Source of the DNA: the human T2T-CHM13v2.0 reference genome, Homo sapiens
DNA: 64,000 nucleotides
Strand: one strand, 5' to 3'
Assembly: GCF_009914755.1 (NCBI RefSeq)
Contig: NC_060935.1
The notes below the pieces were generated by a model. It saw only the letters and a program-made list of their open reading frames with translations, was not told the DNA's origin and did not search any database. This document shows, piece after piece, positions 1-13,499 of the stretch (the stretch's first letter is position 1; each line of letters opens with the position of its first letter). Position numbers and translations under genes: made by a program.

Positions 1-744
1 ATCTCCAGTCTTAACTCCAGAGATCCTGAGCCCCTAGTAGGCCCTTGAACAAACTGGGCCCTCCCACACCTCTGTGCACCTCACCTCTGCTTGGAAGCCT
101 TCCCCCATCTGATACTCTCATAAATTGCTCATTCTTTAAGTCTCAACTCAGGGATCCCTTCCTTCAGGAAAGCACTCATACTGCCTATCTGTACCTCATA
201 TATATCCCCAAATGGAAATGTTCTTATTGGAATGAAACTATTTCTTTGCACATGAATCTCCCCTCTATAAACTCCTTAAGATGAGGGGAGTGACGCATTC
301 ATGACTGTATTCCGTGTCTCTAATACAGTGACTAGCACATGGTAGACATTCAATACATGTATATTGAATAAATCAAACATTAAGACTTCTTGTGACAGTT
401 GTAAACCCCAAATGGTCATTTTTACCCCGATTCTCTATGGTTACTAATAGTAAAAACTCCAGGAAACCACCTGGAGAGTTGCCCTCTTGCTTCAGGCACT
501 AGTGAGGAGAGAAGTCTGGAAGCCATAGCCCATTGGTCCTGGACAAGAAGGAGAGTAAACACGTGGAAGAGTGGGTGGTGGAGCTGCACAGCAGCAGGCG
601 AGCAAATATGCAGAGTCTGGCCAGAGGACAAGAGGTCAGCCAGGCCCAGAGCTAGCCTGGAAGTCTATGCCCTGAGGAGATGTTCAAGAGTCTGGTGGAG
701 TTTGGAGACATAAGGACACTAAGCACCAGCCTCCTAAGAGGACT

Positions 745-1250
745 CCCTGCCCACTGTCCTCTCTCCTGCTGCCATTCTCCACAGTGCAGCCAAAGCAATC
801 TTTCTTAAAGACATATCAGATTTGCTTAGAGTCCTTCACTTGCTCCCTATGATTTTCAAGATAAAGTTGAATTTGTGACCTGGCTCCTGTCTACTGTCTT
901 TTCTCATCTCCCCCGACTCTTTCTCATTAGTACAGCTGATGCCAGCCTGAACAATACAGTCTCCTGAACACGTCCTGGTATTTGTTCAGCAGCTCTTTCC
1001 TTAGGCCTGGAGTCTCCATCTGCACACCTCATATTATCCATTTGGCAAAGTTTCATTAGTTCTTCAAGGCCCCTCCTCTGGGCTTCCACAGCACTCATAC
1101 GCCACCTGCTGCAGCACTAGTTGCTGATGTGTCTCCCTATCTAGACTGTGACCACCCTGGGAACAGGATTGTCTCTTTTCTTTGTTCTCTGGGCCTAGCA
1201 CAGTGCTAGGCTTACAGTAGTTAAATAAAATCTTGAACATATGAATCAAG
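745..1250 (+). mobile_element. L2 3' fragment
   Basis: CTAGACTGTGA...CCTAGCACAGTGCTAGG...; L2 terminal motif. Confidence 0.6.
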
Positions 1251-1363
1251 GAACGATCTGTCACACACCTGCTGATCCAATCACCCTTAAAGCCAGATAG
1301 CTAACTTAATAAAACCCAACCTGATCATTCACTTCCCAGCTCAAAGAAATTCAGTGATCTCCT

Positions 1364-1590
1364 CGAGGGCAGATCAAGACCATCCTGGCTAACACAGTGA
1401 AACCCCGTCTCTATTAAAAATACAAAAAATTAGCTGGGTGTGGTGGAGGTGCCTGTAGTCCCAGCTACTTGGGAGGCTGAGGCAGGAGAATGGCGTGAAC
1501 CCAGGAGGCAGACTTGCAGTGAGCCCAGATCATGCCACCGCACTCCAGCCTGGGCAACAGAGCGAGACTCCGCCTCAAAAAAAAAAAAAA
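1364..1590 (+). mobile_element. AluY, 5'-truncated
   Basis: GACCATCCTGGCTAACAC and GAATGGCGTGAACCC diagnostics; A tail; TSD 1343-1363 / 1588-1608 (2 mismatches). Confidence 0.9.
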
Positions 1591-2283
1591 GAAGTTCAGT
1601 GAGCTCCTTTGCTTCCCAAGTAGTCCTAACTACTGCTTTGTGTTCAAGGACTTCTGCAACCTGGCCTCAGAGTGCCTTTCCAGTTTCATGTTCCCTCCAT
1701 TTCTCCAGGACTGACTTGCAGCCAGTATGTGTCTTTCTCAGCCTGTCCAGGGTTCCTGCCTCTTCCCCTGAGAGGCCTTCCTGCTCTGGATATTGAGATA
1801 ATTCTTGCTATCTCTCATTCTCATGTCTGAGACCAAATGGCCTATTAAGGCTCAGCTCTGAGGGCAGGGATGAGGATTTCTTCCAGCACAACCCAGCACT
1901 TGACAAGCAATGGAGGGCCCCATAAATTCTGGTGTCTTCTTTGGGGAACAGAAGCCACATACGTATGTAGAATCTCCATCTCTGCCCTGCAGAACAGCTT
2001 TGAGGCTTTCATTTCCTGACACCACAAATCATTTCTCCACTAGATCCAATCTTAATTTCCTCACCTGCCAAGACCATCTGCCTCAGCTCTTGCACCCTGC
2101 TTTCTCATCTTCTCATTAACCCTCATCCTCTGCACAGATTTTGGAGCTTACAACATAGGGCAGAACCCTCTAGCATAAGTCACCATCAACAGATGACCTT
2201 GTAAGGCTTGGTTCCTGCTCTGAGGTCCCCTGTGGCTCTCAGATTCCCCCAACACTATCTTGCTATGTGCCAGGCCTACCCAC

Positions 2284-4080
2284 CTGCAGGAAGCAAGTTC
2301 CAGGCTGGGTGCCCTCAGGCAGTGAGGCATTGTAGAAAGTCCTCTGGAATTGGGGCTCATTATCATTCACATCTTGCAGGGCCACGCTAACTGTGGCAGA
2401 GGAGGCTAGAGGGGGCAGGCCACCATCTGTGGCCACCACAATCAGCTGTGGCTGAGGTTCCAACTCATAGTCCAGTGAGGCAGCCGTAGTGATAATGCCT
2501 GAGGTGGGGTCAATGGAGAACCAGTGGGTGTGGGCGCCAGGGGCTAGGCTATAAGTGACCTGACCATTGGTGCCTTGGTCAGGATCCCGAGCAGTCACCC
2601 GCACTACAAAGCTGCCAGGCAGCGCAACCTCAGGCAGGGGCTCAGGTCGGTAGAGCTGGCGGTCAAAGGCAGGTGCATTGTCGTTGACATCAGTGACGTG
2701 CAGCACAAAGGCAGCCTCAGCCCGCAGTGGAGGTGAGCCTGAGTCTGTGGCTGTAACCCTCAAGTTATAGGCATCCCTCTCCTCTCGATCCAGCCGCCGA
2801 GCCACACACACCAGATAGATGACGCTGTCTTGGGTGCTTAGGGCAAAGTGGCCCTCTCCACCTTCCAGGGACACATTGACATGGGCAAAGTCACCATCAT
2901 CTGGGTCTGACACAGAGATGCGAGCAACGAGCTGTCCAGGTGGGGCGGCCTCAGACACTTGGGGGGAGCCATCTGCACTGAGAAAGATGACAGTCATGGA
3001 GGGCTGATTGTCATTGGCATCTCGCACATGCACAGTCACAAAGGCCGAGCCCAGCTCAGGGTGAGCCCCACCATCTCGTGCTTGCACCACCAGTTCATGG
3101 ACCCGCCGCTGCTCAAAGTCCAGTGGCCGCTCTAACTGCAGCAGCCCCGTGTGTGCGTCGATGGAGAAGGGTCCATCACCCTCGCTCTGCCTCCGGTTGA
3201 TCTCGTAAGTCACAGCCCCATTGACACCAGCATCGGCATCAGATGCGAACACCTGCAAGACAGGACTGCCAGGGGCCAGGCTCTCAGACACCACAGCATG
3301 GTAGCGGCTCTGATTGAAAGCCGGGGCATGGTCATTGATGTCCAGCAGTGTCACGTCCAGCAGGGCCTGGGCCCTCCGGGGGGGTGAACCACCATCATAG
3401 GCCTCCAGCTGTAGCATATAGTGTGAGCGGTTCTCTCGGTCCAGTTCCCCAGTAACTACCAGCTCAGGTACTGGAGTCCCATCTGGACCGGGGCGTGTCT
3501 CCAGCCGGAAGGTCTCTCCAGCCCCATCACCAGATAGCGCATAGCCCTGGGTTCCCAGACGCCCAGCATCTGCATCACGAGCAGGCTCCAGTGGGTAGCG
3601 GGTGCCAAAAGCTGTATGCTCAGGTACCTGCAGGGCAGCCCGAGCCTGTGGGAAGGCTGGAGCATGGTCGTTGATGTCAGCCACTCGCACTGTAACTTCT
3701 ACGGTGGCACCATCAGGAGTGACTGCAGTGAAGCGGTAGCGGTCCCGCTGCTCACGGTCCAAGACACGGGCTGTACGGACGACCCCACTGTGTTCGTCAA
3801 TGGCCAGGTCTGTGCCCACGCCGCTGCCCTCTTGGGCAGAGATGAAGTACATGAGAGGAGCTGCCGTGCCTGCCGGAAGCCCCGCACTGATGTCGCCAAT
3901 CAGTGTACCCGCTGGCTGCTCCTCATCAATCTGCAAGTCCAGGCTCCCAGCCTGACCCCAGGCACCTGGCACCCCAGCCCCCAGCAGCAGCAGCAGCAGC
4001 AGCAGCAATGGTAGCAGGAGGTGGGGCCTGGGGCTCTTCATGCCAGGGCAGGAAGGCACAATGCCCAGCTCCTTCTGCAT
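2284..4080 (-). CDS. DCHS1: Protocadherin-16 / Dachsous-1, coding part of exon 2 (codons 1-599); gene continues left of the window
   Basis: [39 protein letters not shown]... with signal peptide and five complete cadherin repeats (DRE, DxD, DxNDxxP motifs) plus start of a sixth. Donor CAG|GTGGGT at 2284/2283 (1797 nt, phase 0); the ORF-track tail VGRPGT is intronic. Confidence 0.97.
3982..4005 (-). repeat. (CTG)8 coding repeat (poly-Leu of the signal peptide)
   Basis: Eight perfect CAG units on the + strand. Confidence 0.95.
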
Positions 4081-4200
4081 GACAAGGGTAGTCCAGCTGT
4101 GCCTTGGGCTCCAGCTCCAGGCCAGGCTCTGGGCCCAGCTTGACCTCAGACTTTGGGTCAGGTCCCACTGGGGCCCTGGCTCCAGCTCAGGCTCCCTGAC
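4081..4200 (-). other. DCHS1: DCHS1 exon 2 5'UTR portion
   Basis: Acceptor ttccttctgttttctcccAG|GTCAGG (AG at 4202-4201); 120 nt precede the ATG at 4080. Confidence 0.88.
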
Positions 4201-4719
4201 CTGGGAGAAAACAGAAGGAAACGGGTCATGACAGAGGAGGGATCAGCAGTCCAGATAACCTGGACGAGGCCACATCAACATTCAGATATGCTCAGCCCCC
4301 AGCAGGCCCTTGTGCTGCCTCACACTCATCTTGGGCCACACGGATCTCTGCCTCAGGACTCTTCGAGGCCACTCCAGCCTTCCCCTTGGCAGATCTCATC
4401 CTTTCCTACCCTCAGCAGATTTTTATGCATCCTATTTTTTCGGGTCTGAATGCCCACAAACTCCCTTCTTCCTATTTCTAGGCTTAAAAATATGGACATT
4501 CTTTTCTCATTTTCTTCTCATCCAGAACTAATACTCGCTTCTTCCAGCCTCTATAACCATGTATTTGGTAACTTTTCCTGAACCGTCAACCTTTTCCTCT
4601 CTCCTGGAGCTTTCCATCAATACTACATATGCTCAAGTCTCTCTCTCTCTCCCCACCCACCACCCTGCTGGAAGGGAATGATGTTGTTTCCTTAGCTCTA
4701 CTTCCCTACTCCTCTCTCC

Positions 4720-7170
4720 ATTCAACAAGAGATTGAGCACCTACAATATAGAGGCACTGAGGATACCACAGCGAATAAAGGAAATGGTCTCTGGCTTCAT
4801 AGAGCTTATAGTCCAGGAGTTGAACAAGTAATTACAAGTATGGTAAGAGTTGTGAAGAAGGCGTACAAAGAGCAAGGAGGAATATAAGAGAAGCAACACA
4901 GGCAGGGAGTCAGGGAGTCCGTGTTTTGCCTAGGAAGTGACATTAAAGTTGACATCTAAATAACTAGGTGCTAGCTAGGCAATGGTGGCCAGAGAAGGGG
5001 GATACAGAAAGGAGAAAAGGACATTCTAGAAGAGTGAACAGTATGTGGAAAGGCTTAGAGCCTACAGTCAAGGTGGGGCTCAGAGTGTCTGAGGGTGGGG
5101 TGGGGTGGGGGGGGCATGTGTGTGAAGCATAGTGCTAGGGGCAGAGGGTATGAAATGAGACAGGGACTTGTAAGCTGTATTGAAGATTTTGACATTATCC
5201 TAAAGGCAAATGGAAGCCACTAAAGCACTTCAAGGAGGAGTGCCAGAATATGACCTATATTTTGTGAAGATGGCTATTGCAGTCCTTTGGAAAGCAAAGA
5301 TCACGCAGATTGGACAGTGAGGAGGCACTTATGGGCATCCAGGAGATGACACTGCTTTGATGGTAACTTGGGTGAGTGTAAGCAATGAACATGGCGAGAA
5401 GTGGATAGGTCTCTGGTGGGGTTCAGGAAGTAGAGAGGCCGGGCTTGCTGACTGTTTGAAGTGAGGGGAAGAAGGATTGGGAGAAGTCAAGGATGATGCG
5501 CACATTTCTGACCTGAACTACCAGCTGGATAAAGGTGTCCTTAACCGCTCAGAAAGAAAAAGAGGCGGGGCAAGGAACCAGAGAGGGGTGGTGCCTCTGA
5601 GTCTAAGGGAGGTTTCAAATGATGCTTAAGATCAGGAAGGAAATGCCCCGGAGCCCCTTACTCTAGTGACTAAGAAGAATCTGTGGATAAGTGAGAGCAC
5701 AGACTGAAGATGGGATGTAGTCACCAGAGGAAAGAGGGACATTCAGAAGCTATCGCCCTTTCTGAAAGATTTTTTCATTTCCCCCATTTTCTCACTTCTC
5801 ACACTCTCCTCCCTCTACGCAGTGAGGCTTCCTTTCTTGTGACATTGCTTTCACTAAGCTTCCAAACATCTCCATGTTCTATGTTGGCGGCCACCTGTTT
5901 ATCTTCCTTTTATCGGGTTATTCTGGAACTCTGAAACACTGATCACTGGCTCCTTGAAATCTCTTCTCCTCGGTTTCACACTGTGACCCCCACCTCTTAT
6001 TTCCATCATGCTTCCCTGCCCACTCCTCTGTCTCCTTTGCAAGTTCTTTTTCCTCTGCCCACTCCTTCACAATTGGTGCTTTTCGGGGTTCAGTCCTGGG
6101 CAGTGTCTTTTCCCACTCTCCATACTCTGCCTGCGTGATCTTATCCACTCCCATGCCTTCAGTTCAAAGGTATCAATCATTTTTTATGTGCCATCTATTT
6201 GCTAATGACTTTCCAATCTCCAGCTCCAGCTCTGAAGACCTCTGGAGACACATGTCCAGCCATATACTGGGCTTCAGTATCCCCAGTCATCACCTCAAAC
6301 TGCTTCCCCTCCATTCCTTTTCCTGTGAATAGGGCCACCATCCATCCAGGTGTCCAACTAGCAATCCAGAAGCTCTCCTTGTGTCCTTGCTTATCCTCAG
6401 TCCTGATTTCCAATTAGTCATGTAAACCCCACCACTTCAACTAGACATGTCTCAGGTCTTTCTTGTTTCTCCAAATTGCCACATCCCAGTCCGAACATCT
6501 CTCCTTGTGATTCCTGCAACAGCTCCTCACTGGTCTTCCACTTACTGGCTTGGACCTTCTGATCCATCTCCACCTGACTGGAGATACCTACACAACTCTC
6601 ACCAAACCACTCCTGATGAAAGGTTTCCACTGGTTCCCATAACTGACAGCAGAAAACAAATGCCCCTCTACGGAAAGAAAGGCAACCACACAAACTTATG
6701 TCTATAGCATCAAGAGGTTCATGGACACTAACTAGGTATAGAACTTCTGATCTACAAGATAAAGTCCTTAACATGTCTTCATGATCTGAGCCCTGCCAAC
6801 TTCTCCATGGTCCCTCACCTTTACTTCCCCCACCATACCTTGCACTCCAACATGAAATCTATTACCATGCTCCTTCCTAACTCCTCACCTTGTATTTGCT
6901 ACTGTTTTGTCATGAGATAACCTCTAAAAATCCTCTCCACAAAATCACTCCCTCCTGCCTGTGCAGAGCCTATTATACACACTACTGGGCTCTCATTACT
7001 TTTGGTAAACACTGACAATAAATTGCACAGCAGCCTCGATTTGTTCATGTGTCTGCCCTCTGCACTGGATTGGAGACTCCTTGAGGGCAGTGACAGGTCT
7101 TGGTTAGCCTCTTGATTCTCCAGCATTTAGTAGAGTTATAGCAAGAGCAGGCAGCCCGTGCTAAATGAAT
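4720..7170. mobile_element. L2 fragments (minus about 4720-5520, plus about 5800-7170)
   Basis: CATTCAACAA..ATTGAGCACCTAC end; GGACAGTGAGGAGGC; TGACTTTCCAATCTCCAGCTC. Confidence 0.55.
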
Positions 7171-8209
7171 GGTCAGAGCCTCATGCTTCCACACCACCAT
7201 ACTCACGTAACACACTCAGAGAGACACATCCATGGTCATGCCAACTGAGACAACACACACAAACACATGTGAGCCCAGGACCCTGAGGCCCCTCGGTCAG
7301 TCCTGTGACTACACAAACCTGTTCTCAGGTCTTTACAGATTTGCTGTGCTGTAGGACTTCCTTTCCACAGAGAGAGGTGGGTTTCTGACTCCCCTACTTA
7401 CACTTCTGACCCACCTCCTCTCTCCCATCTGTGTGAAGCAACAAAAAGAGCAGGGGCTTTGGAGCTTGGACTGGGTTTGAGCCCCAGGCTGCGCATTATG
7501 TCCGTAATCTGTAAAATGGCTATGCTGACACCTATCCTGTGGGGTTTTGTGAAAATTAGAAACAATGTAAGAAAGGAACACAGAGCTGGGTATTTGCTAG
7601 ACTCTCTTTCATTAATTCCCAGCACCATCCCCTGATAGGCCCCCTCTCTGCCTTCATCCCAGCTTCAGAATGCTGGGGTTGTATGTGTGCCACATGGAAT
7701 AACAGGTCAGAGGGATTCAGAACAAGGAGGTCAGGGTGAACCCAGGCCTGATCTGAAGAAGGGAGAGGATGAGAGTACAAGGATGGTTCCAGGGCCCAGA
7801 TCAGGGATCTAAGCCCAAAGGCTGGGCTAGGGGTCAAGGGGTAAGAATGGCTCTATTGATTTAATCAGTTAGTGGAGAGAAAGCAGTCATGGTTTGGAGG
7901 GAGGGAAGATAATAGTGAGGCCAATGTGCTTATCATACTCTGTATTATAGTTACCTGTCTTCCTACCCAGACAAGTAGCTGTTTGTGAGCCCAGACTGTA
8001 TTTTCTTCATCTTTGTATGTAGCATGGAGCACAGCATATAGTACATGATAAACACGTTTTCTGAATGAAGCAATCTATGAATGGTTTGAGATAAATCTCA
8101 GGTGAATGATCAGACTTCAAGAGGAGAGACTCATGTCCAGGCAGATGCCCTGTGTGAAAACAACTCCTTCTCTCAACCTGTGCTCCTACCACTGCAAACT
8201 CTTGCAGAA

Positions 8210-8720
8210 CACTTTCACGGTGGACACGCAAAGGTGCACACTCACAAAGTCACAGCCCCATGCACTGCCTGGCACTCTCTCTCATGCTGTCAGGCTTACG
8301 AAGATGCATTCCCATGCAGGCAGATGCACATGCACACAGGTACATTCAACACATGCTCATACACACGTGCGCAGAGGCTTGCTTTAACATACACAGCCAG
8401 TGCACACACACAGAGACCCTTTCACATATATACACAGAAGCACATTTTCCACACAGATGAGCCTATTCCTTCACATGGAACCCACCCCCACACGTATGCA
8501 GGCATACATACACACACACAGAAAGACACTTTCTCATGGCCCTCACACCAAGAGGCATGTTCACACCCTCTGATATGCCCCCACATACACACACACACCC
8601 ACCCTCCACACACACCCACCCTCCACACACACAGGCCCAGTGTCACGTATGCACAGACTGACAAGGCGAGCATGCACTCACACTTGAAGACCCACCCACA
8701 CGCAGGCATGCTCTCGCACA
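8210..8720. repeat. CA-rich low-complexity tract
   Basis: Many imperfect CACA runs. Confidence 0.8.
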
Positions 8721-10029
8721 TGCTGCCGGGGCACTCGTGGTCAGCTCTGCGGCTGCAGCTGTGACCTCCAGGTCCCTGGGGCCTCTGTCTGGACTGTGCC
8801 TCATCACTTCCTGCTGCAAGCCTTCCAGTTCCAAACTCGAACTCCAGACTCTCTCCCGAGACCGTCTCATGCTCGCTCCAGCTCTCCCCTGCACCATCTC
8901 CCCAAGTCCGTCCAGTGTTTCTCACTCCTCTTCCCTGAGATTGGCTCCTCCTCCCTGCTCTTGTATCTTTCCCCATCCAGGTCTGTCCCATCCCTTCCCC
9001 AGATCTGGCCTGCCCCTCCATCTTGTCTCTTTCCCCAGCATATGCTGCCTCCTGCCTAGATCTGTCTTCTTCCTTCTTCCAAATCTGTCATGGCTCTTCT
9101 CCCACCTGATTCTGCCTTGCTACGTGCCCTCACTCTGTCCCCGGTCCTGCTACTTGGTCCTCTGACTCCATCCTGCTCTCCTCCTCCATCCCCACATCTG
9201 GGCCTCTGGAACCACAGCTGGTTCTCATTAGGAGGGGGAGGGGCAAGACTGTTCATTGGGGCCTGAAACGTGATGTCAATTCCCCCTCCCTCACCAACAG
9301 AGCTTCCCTCACACCCCCAGCCTGTGTGTCTACAGGACCTGGAAGCAGGGGGAACATGGGAGAGGAAAGAGAGGTGGGCTGGGGGGGAGGAGCAGGGGGA
9401 CTACAAGGGAAGGGGGTGCTCCAGGAGGAAGTAGAGGAGTGGCCCGAGGCGCTGAAGGGGAAACAGGCTGGGGGAGCTGGCACCACCCAGGCCTCCTCCC
9501 TCAACTTCCTGTCCCAGGGCCAGCGAGGGGCAGAAAGACAACAGGGGTGAGGAGGGGCGCCACAAAAGGTAGATGGGCTAGAAGTGGAGGAAGAAGAGGG
9601 TAGCCTCAGTGAGCAAAGGGGTGAGGATACAGGGCCAGGCATAAAAGAAAGAGGAAGTGAGAAGAGGTTCTGGTAGGGGGATGACAGGGAACAAGACTGA
9701 GGGAGAGTGACTGTGTATGGCAGAGGAAAGAGGGAGCAGAGCTAATTCAGAAAGGGGAGGTGAGTTGAGGCAGGAACAGCCACAGCCCCACTGGTGCGTG
9801 CTGGGCCAGAGCTGGAAGAAGGAGGAGGGGGCTCAGGAGGGAGGAGGAGACAGCTAACAAACTAGCTTCCCTGGATATCCCTGGGACAGCCCCATAGGAC
9901 AGTGGCCAGAGCAGTGCCCGGGCCTGGCTCTGTCCCTCCTGAGGACTGGTTCCCAGGAAGCACTCCAGGGAGAAGCTGAGGACAGATGTGAGCAAAAGAG
10001 GCAGAGGAAAAGTCTATTTTCTGAGCTTT

Positions 10030-10190
10030 TATGGTGCGCTGGGCCCTGTGCCAAGCAGCTCACAGACAGTATCTCATTTAATCACCATAACAACCCTGTG
10101 AGGAAGGAATCCCGGCTTCCATTTTCAAACAAGGAAATTGAGACTCAGAGTGAAACAATTTTCCTGAGTTAACACAGCCTTAATTTGGTC
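10030..10190 (-). mobile_element. MIR
   Basis: ATCTCATTTAATCACCATAACAACCCTGTGAGG...AGGAAATTGAGACTCAGAG. Confidence 0.75.
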
Positions 10191-11097
10191 GCAGGACTAT
10201 GTAGTCTATGTTGCCTGAGATTCAGGGAGGAGAGAAAGATGGAGAGAATAAGAAATTACAGGGAAGTTGAGGGGACAGAGTCCTCACAGGGCAAGGGAGG
10301 CCTGAAAAAGGAAGAGAATCTGGAGGAGAGAGGTGAAGAATGAGGCCTCTGGGAGAGTCCAGGTTAGCAGCGGTGAGGCTGAGGATACAGACATGAAAGA
10401 TGTGAGGAGGTGAAGGTAAGAAGACTTGGTCACTGACTCTCCAGGAAGATGAGGGAGTGGAAGGACTCTAGACTTCGGCCTGCCTACCAGGGTTCTGGCC
10501 AGGTTACTAAAGTGGTTCCATTTGGACACTGCAGAGGAAAAGCCATTTTGGGGGGTGACTGTTGGGATCCCCATGTGAAGCACAGCTGGGTTTGCAAGCC
10601 TGCAGCTTAGCATAGAGACCAGGGTTGGAGATGTGGATTTGGACAAATCATGGGGTAACTGAAAGCTGTGGCCTTAGAGACTCCATCAGATAGAATGTGT
10701 AGAGTGAGCAGAGAGTCTTGGACAGAACCCTGAGAACTAGTTACATTAAGCAGTAGGTTGAAGAGACCTTTATTCTTCCTGGGGGCAGTATCACAGAAGT
10801 TAAGGGAGAAAACATTTCAAAAAAGAAAGGGATCGATAATGTCCAATGCTGCTGAGAATTCAAGTAAGATAAGGGCTGAGAAGTGGACACTAAATTTAGC
10901 AGTGAGGAGGTCTCTAGTGATCGTGGAGAAAATTGTGCCAGAAGAGTACTAAGGGTGCAAGCCTCTTGCAGTGGGAAATGAGAAAGAATGGATCAACCAA
11001 TAGCTAGCCATAGAGCAGACATCAGCATGGATTCATTCACCAATACATGCTTACTACACCCCTAGAATAGGGAGACAATATATCATAGCAAGGCAGG

Positions 11098-11555
11098 ACA
11101 GGATAGTGGTTAAGATGCAGACTCCAGGGCCAAGCCAGCTGGATTTGGTTCCCAGTTTCACTTACTGGCTGTGTGACCTTGGGCAAGCCACTTAGTTTCT
11201 CAGTGCTTCCATTTCCTCATTTATAAATAAGGACAATAATAATACCTACTACATTGTATTTGGCTGTTAGAGTAGTGTCTGGCACATAGTAAGCTTTATA
11301 AGTATGTGAGCATGAGATATTATTATAGTGGTTAAGAAGGCAGGCTCGACTGTCAGGCTGGAGTTCAAATCCTGACTCGGCCACTTAAGCATGAGTCTAG
11401 GCAAGTTACTAAACATTCTAAGTGTTAGTTTCCTCTTAAACCTCTGGGGTTTAAAGTGCTTACCTTAAATGGTTGATATGAGAGTTAATGAAATAATGCT
11501 AACAATAAACATAGCACAATGTCCAGCACACAGTGAACGCTCACTAAATGTTAGC
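11098..11555 (+). mobile_element. Two tandem MIR elements
   Basis: ATAGTGGTTAAG...GCTGTGTGACCTTGGGCAAG...TTTCCTCAT core, with a second more diverged copy. Confidence 0.8.
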
Positions 11556-13499
11556 TGCTGCTGTTGTGTGCCACACACACACAGTAACTCTGCAGTAAGT
11601 GTTATTTCACAGATGAGGAAACTGAGGGCTCAAAGAAGGTAGCAGAGAGACATTTAGAATGATCTAGAATGCAGTCCTGACAGACTCCAAAGCTAGTGCT
11701 TTCTGTTAGACCACACTGCTTGCCTGCTGGAGGGCTCGGGATGCTCTGATAAAAGCTCATATAACTGGTCAGGCAGCAAAGCAGGGAAGGAGAATGATCA
11801 AAGTTCTGTTTTAGGAGAATACATCTGGCAGTGTGTGCAGGGTGGGTGAGAGGAGGAGGAGCTCAATGTTGAGACAATTGTCAGTCCAGGTGAGCATGGG
11901 GGCAGGTGGTAAGAGAGGGGAAGGAACATGGAGGATGACTGGAGGCCTCCAGGAGACAAAGAAAAAATGGAGAGGGGAGAGGAGGTCGTAGGGTACACAT
12001 GTGAAGTGATTCATTGATAAATCTGTTATTCAACAAATACTTGTTGAAGACTTACCATGTGCCAAATGCCATACTAAGCCCTAGAGATAGAGGTGACGTG
12101 GACAGATCAAGTCCTTTCCTTCATGATGTTCACAGGTAGGGAGACTCGGCAGGGACGGGCAGGGCAGGGTGAGGGAGCTGGGGCACGGGGTAGTGACATG
12201 CAGCAAGGGTTGCCCTAAATTCTGACCCTGACAATCAGGGTCTAGGCTGTAGAAGAGGCCAGCAAGGCCAGAGCTAGCAGAAAAGTTGGAGATGTAGCAA
12301 CCAGAATGTTGAAGGAGAAGAACAAATTTGGAAAAGTGGGAAGCTGAGGGTAGGACAGCATAGTAGAGGGGCTGAGATGGTAGAAGTAAAATTAACTAAG
12401 TTAATAGCTGAACACTTAATAATTTTCCTTCTGAATCCCCAAAACAACTCTCTTAAGGAGATACTGCTACCTCCATTTTCACCTGATGAAAGGGGAGCTC
12501 AAAGAAGCTAAGTCATCCAGGCCATAAATAGTGTGTCTGGAAAGTCTAAAGTGTGGCTCCCTCTCCCCTCTTTCTTCTCTTTCTTCCTTTCCTTCTTTCT
12601 CTCTCACCATCCATATAAGAGGTGTGTTCTAGGCTCTGAGAGATAACAAGCTTCTTCTATCCAGTAGCTTAGAAAGAGAAAAAAATAACAAGGACACTGC
12701 AGCATACTAAGTGAGCAGAGAAGGGCTTGGAAGTTCCAGGTGGACCTCCTGGAGGAGGTGCCCTTTCACCAGGAGACACAGGGAAATGGAAGCCCCTCCC
12801 AAGTGGCAGTGGTTGAAAGTGGCCTGGTGTCAGAAGGTTACCTAGGGAAGATGGATACAGGAGCTGAAGGAAGGGGGGTCAGCAGGAAGCTGGGAAGAAG
12901 CTAGGAGACAATAGCATGAACCCCTGGGAGGGGCTTTTCCTAGCAGATACCAGGGCATCAGAGAAGAGAGAGTCCAGTCTTGCCTCTGTTACCACTGACA
13001 GGCAGGAGAGGGAAGAAGAAAAGAGTACAAGAATCAAGGAACCTAATATGGGGAGGACTGAGGCCAGGATGCCAGGAGTTGGAGGGCTCAGGGTGGGTGA
13101 GTCCGTGGGCTAAGAGGGCATTAAAGGAAGGAGCAGCCTAGGACACCTCTGGGGAAAGAATCTGGTGAGGCACTGTAATGCCTTGTAGTCTGGCACAGCT
13201 TCTGCTTCTTCCATCCCTTCCCAGAGCCCCAGTAGACACCTGGCTCAATGGATTTGGGTCTGCAAACTTCTGGTACTTCTTAAATATTTGCTAACTGAAT
13301 GAAAGATAAAGTACAGATAAGGGAGAGGAAGAGGATCGAGGGAGACGAAGGAAGAATAAATTGTAGGTGAGGGGAGTGGAAGTGTCTCCAGCAGAGTAAG
13401 TGAGTAGTGTGAAAATTTCTTAATTATGTGGGCAGCTGAGACTAGGTGTCAGTCTTCTGAAGAGTGAACGAGGGTGAGGGATGTGCTGTGAGGTACCCA

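Noticed and set aside
2263-2283. C-terminal VGRPGT* of the 605-aa ORF as a real protein end
   Set aside because: Lies beyond the CAG|GTGGGT donor; it is intron read-through and the cadherin repeat is incomplete.
3616-4014. Plus-strand 132-aa ORF ending in poly-Q
   Set aside because: Antisense shadow of the DCHS1 CDS and its CTG repeat; no independent evidence.
5093-5115. G-quadruplex motif GGGTGGGGTGGGGTGGGGGGGG in intron 1
   Set aside because: Real motif but embedded in an L2 remnant with nothing indicating function.
8102-9021. 220-aa His/Thr-rich and 199-aa Cys/Val-rich ORFs
   Set aside because: Explained by CA/TG low-complexity sequence, which is stop-poor.
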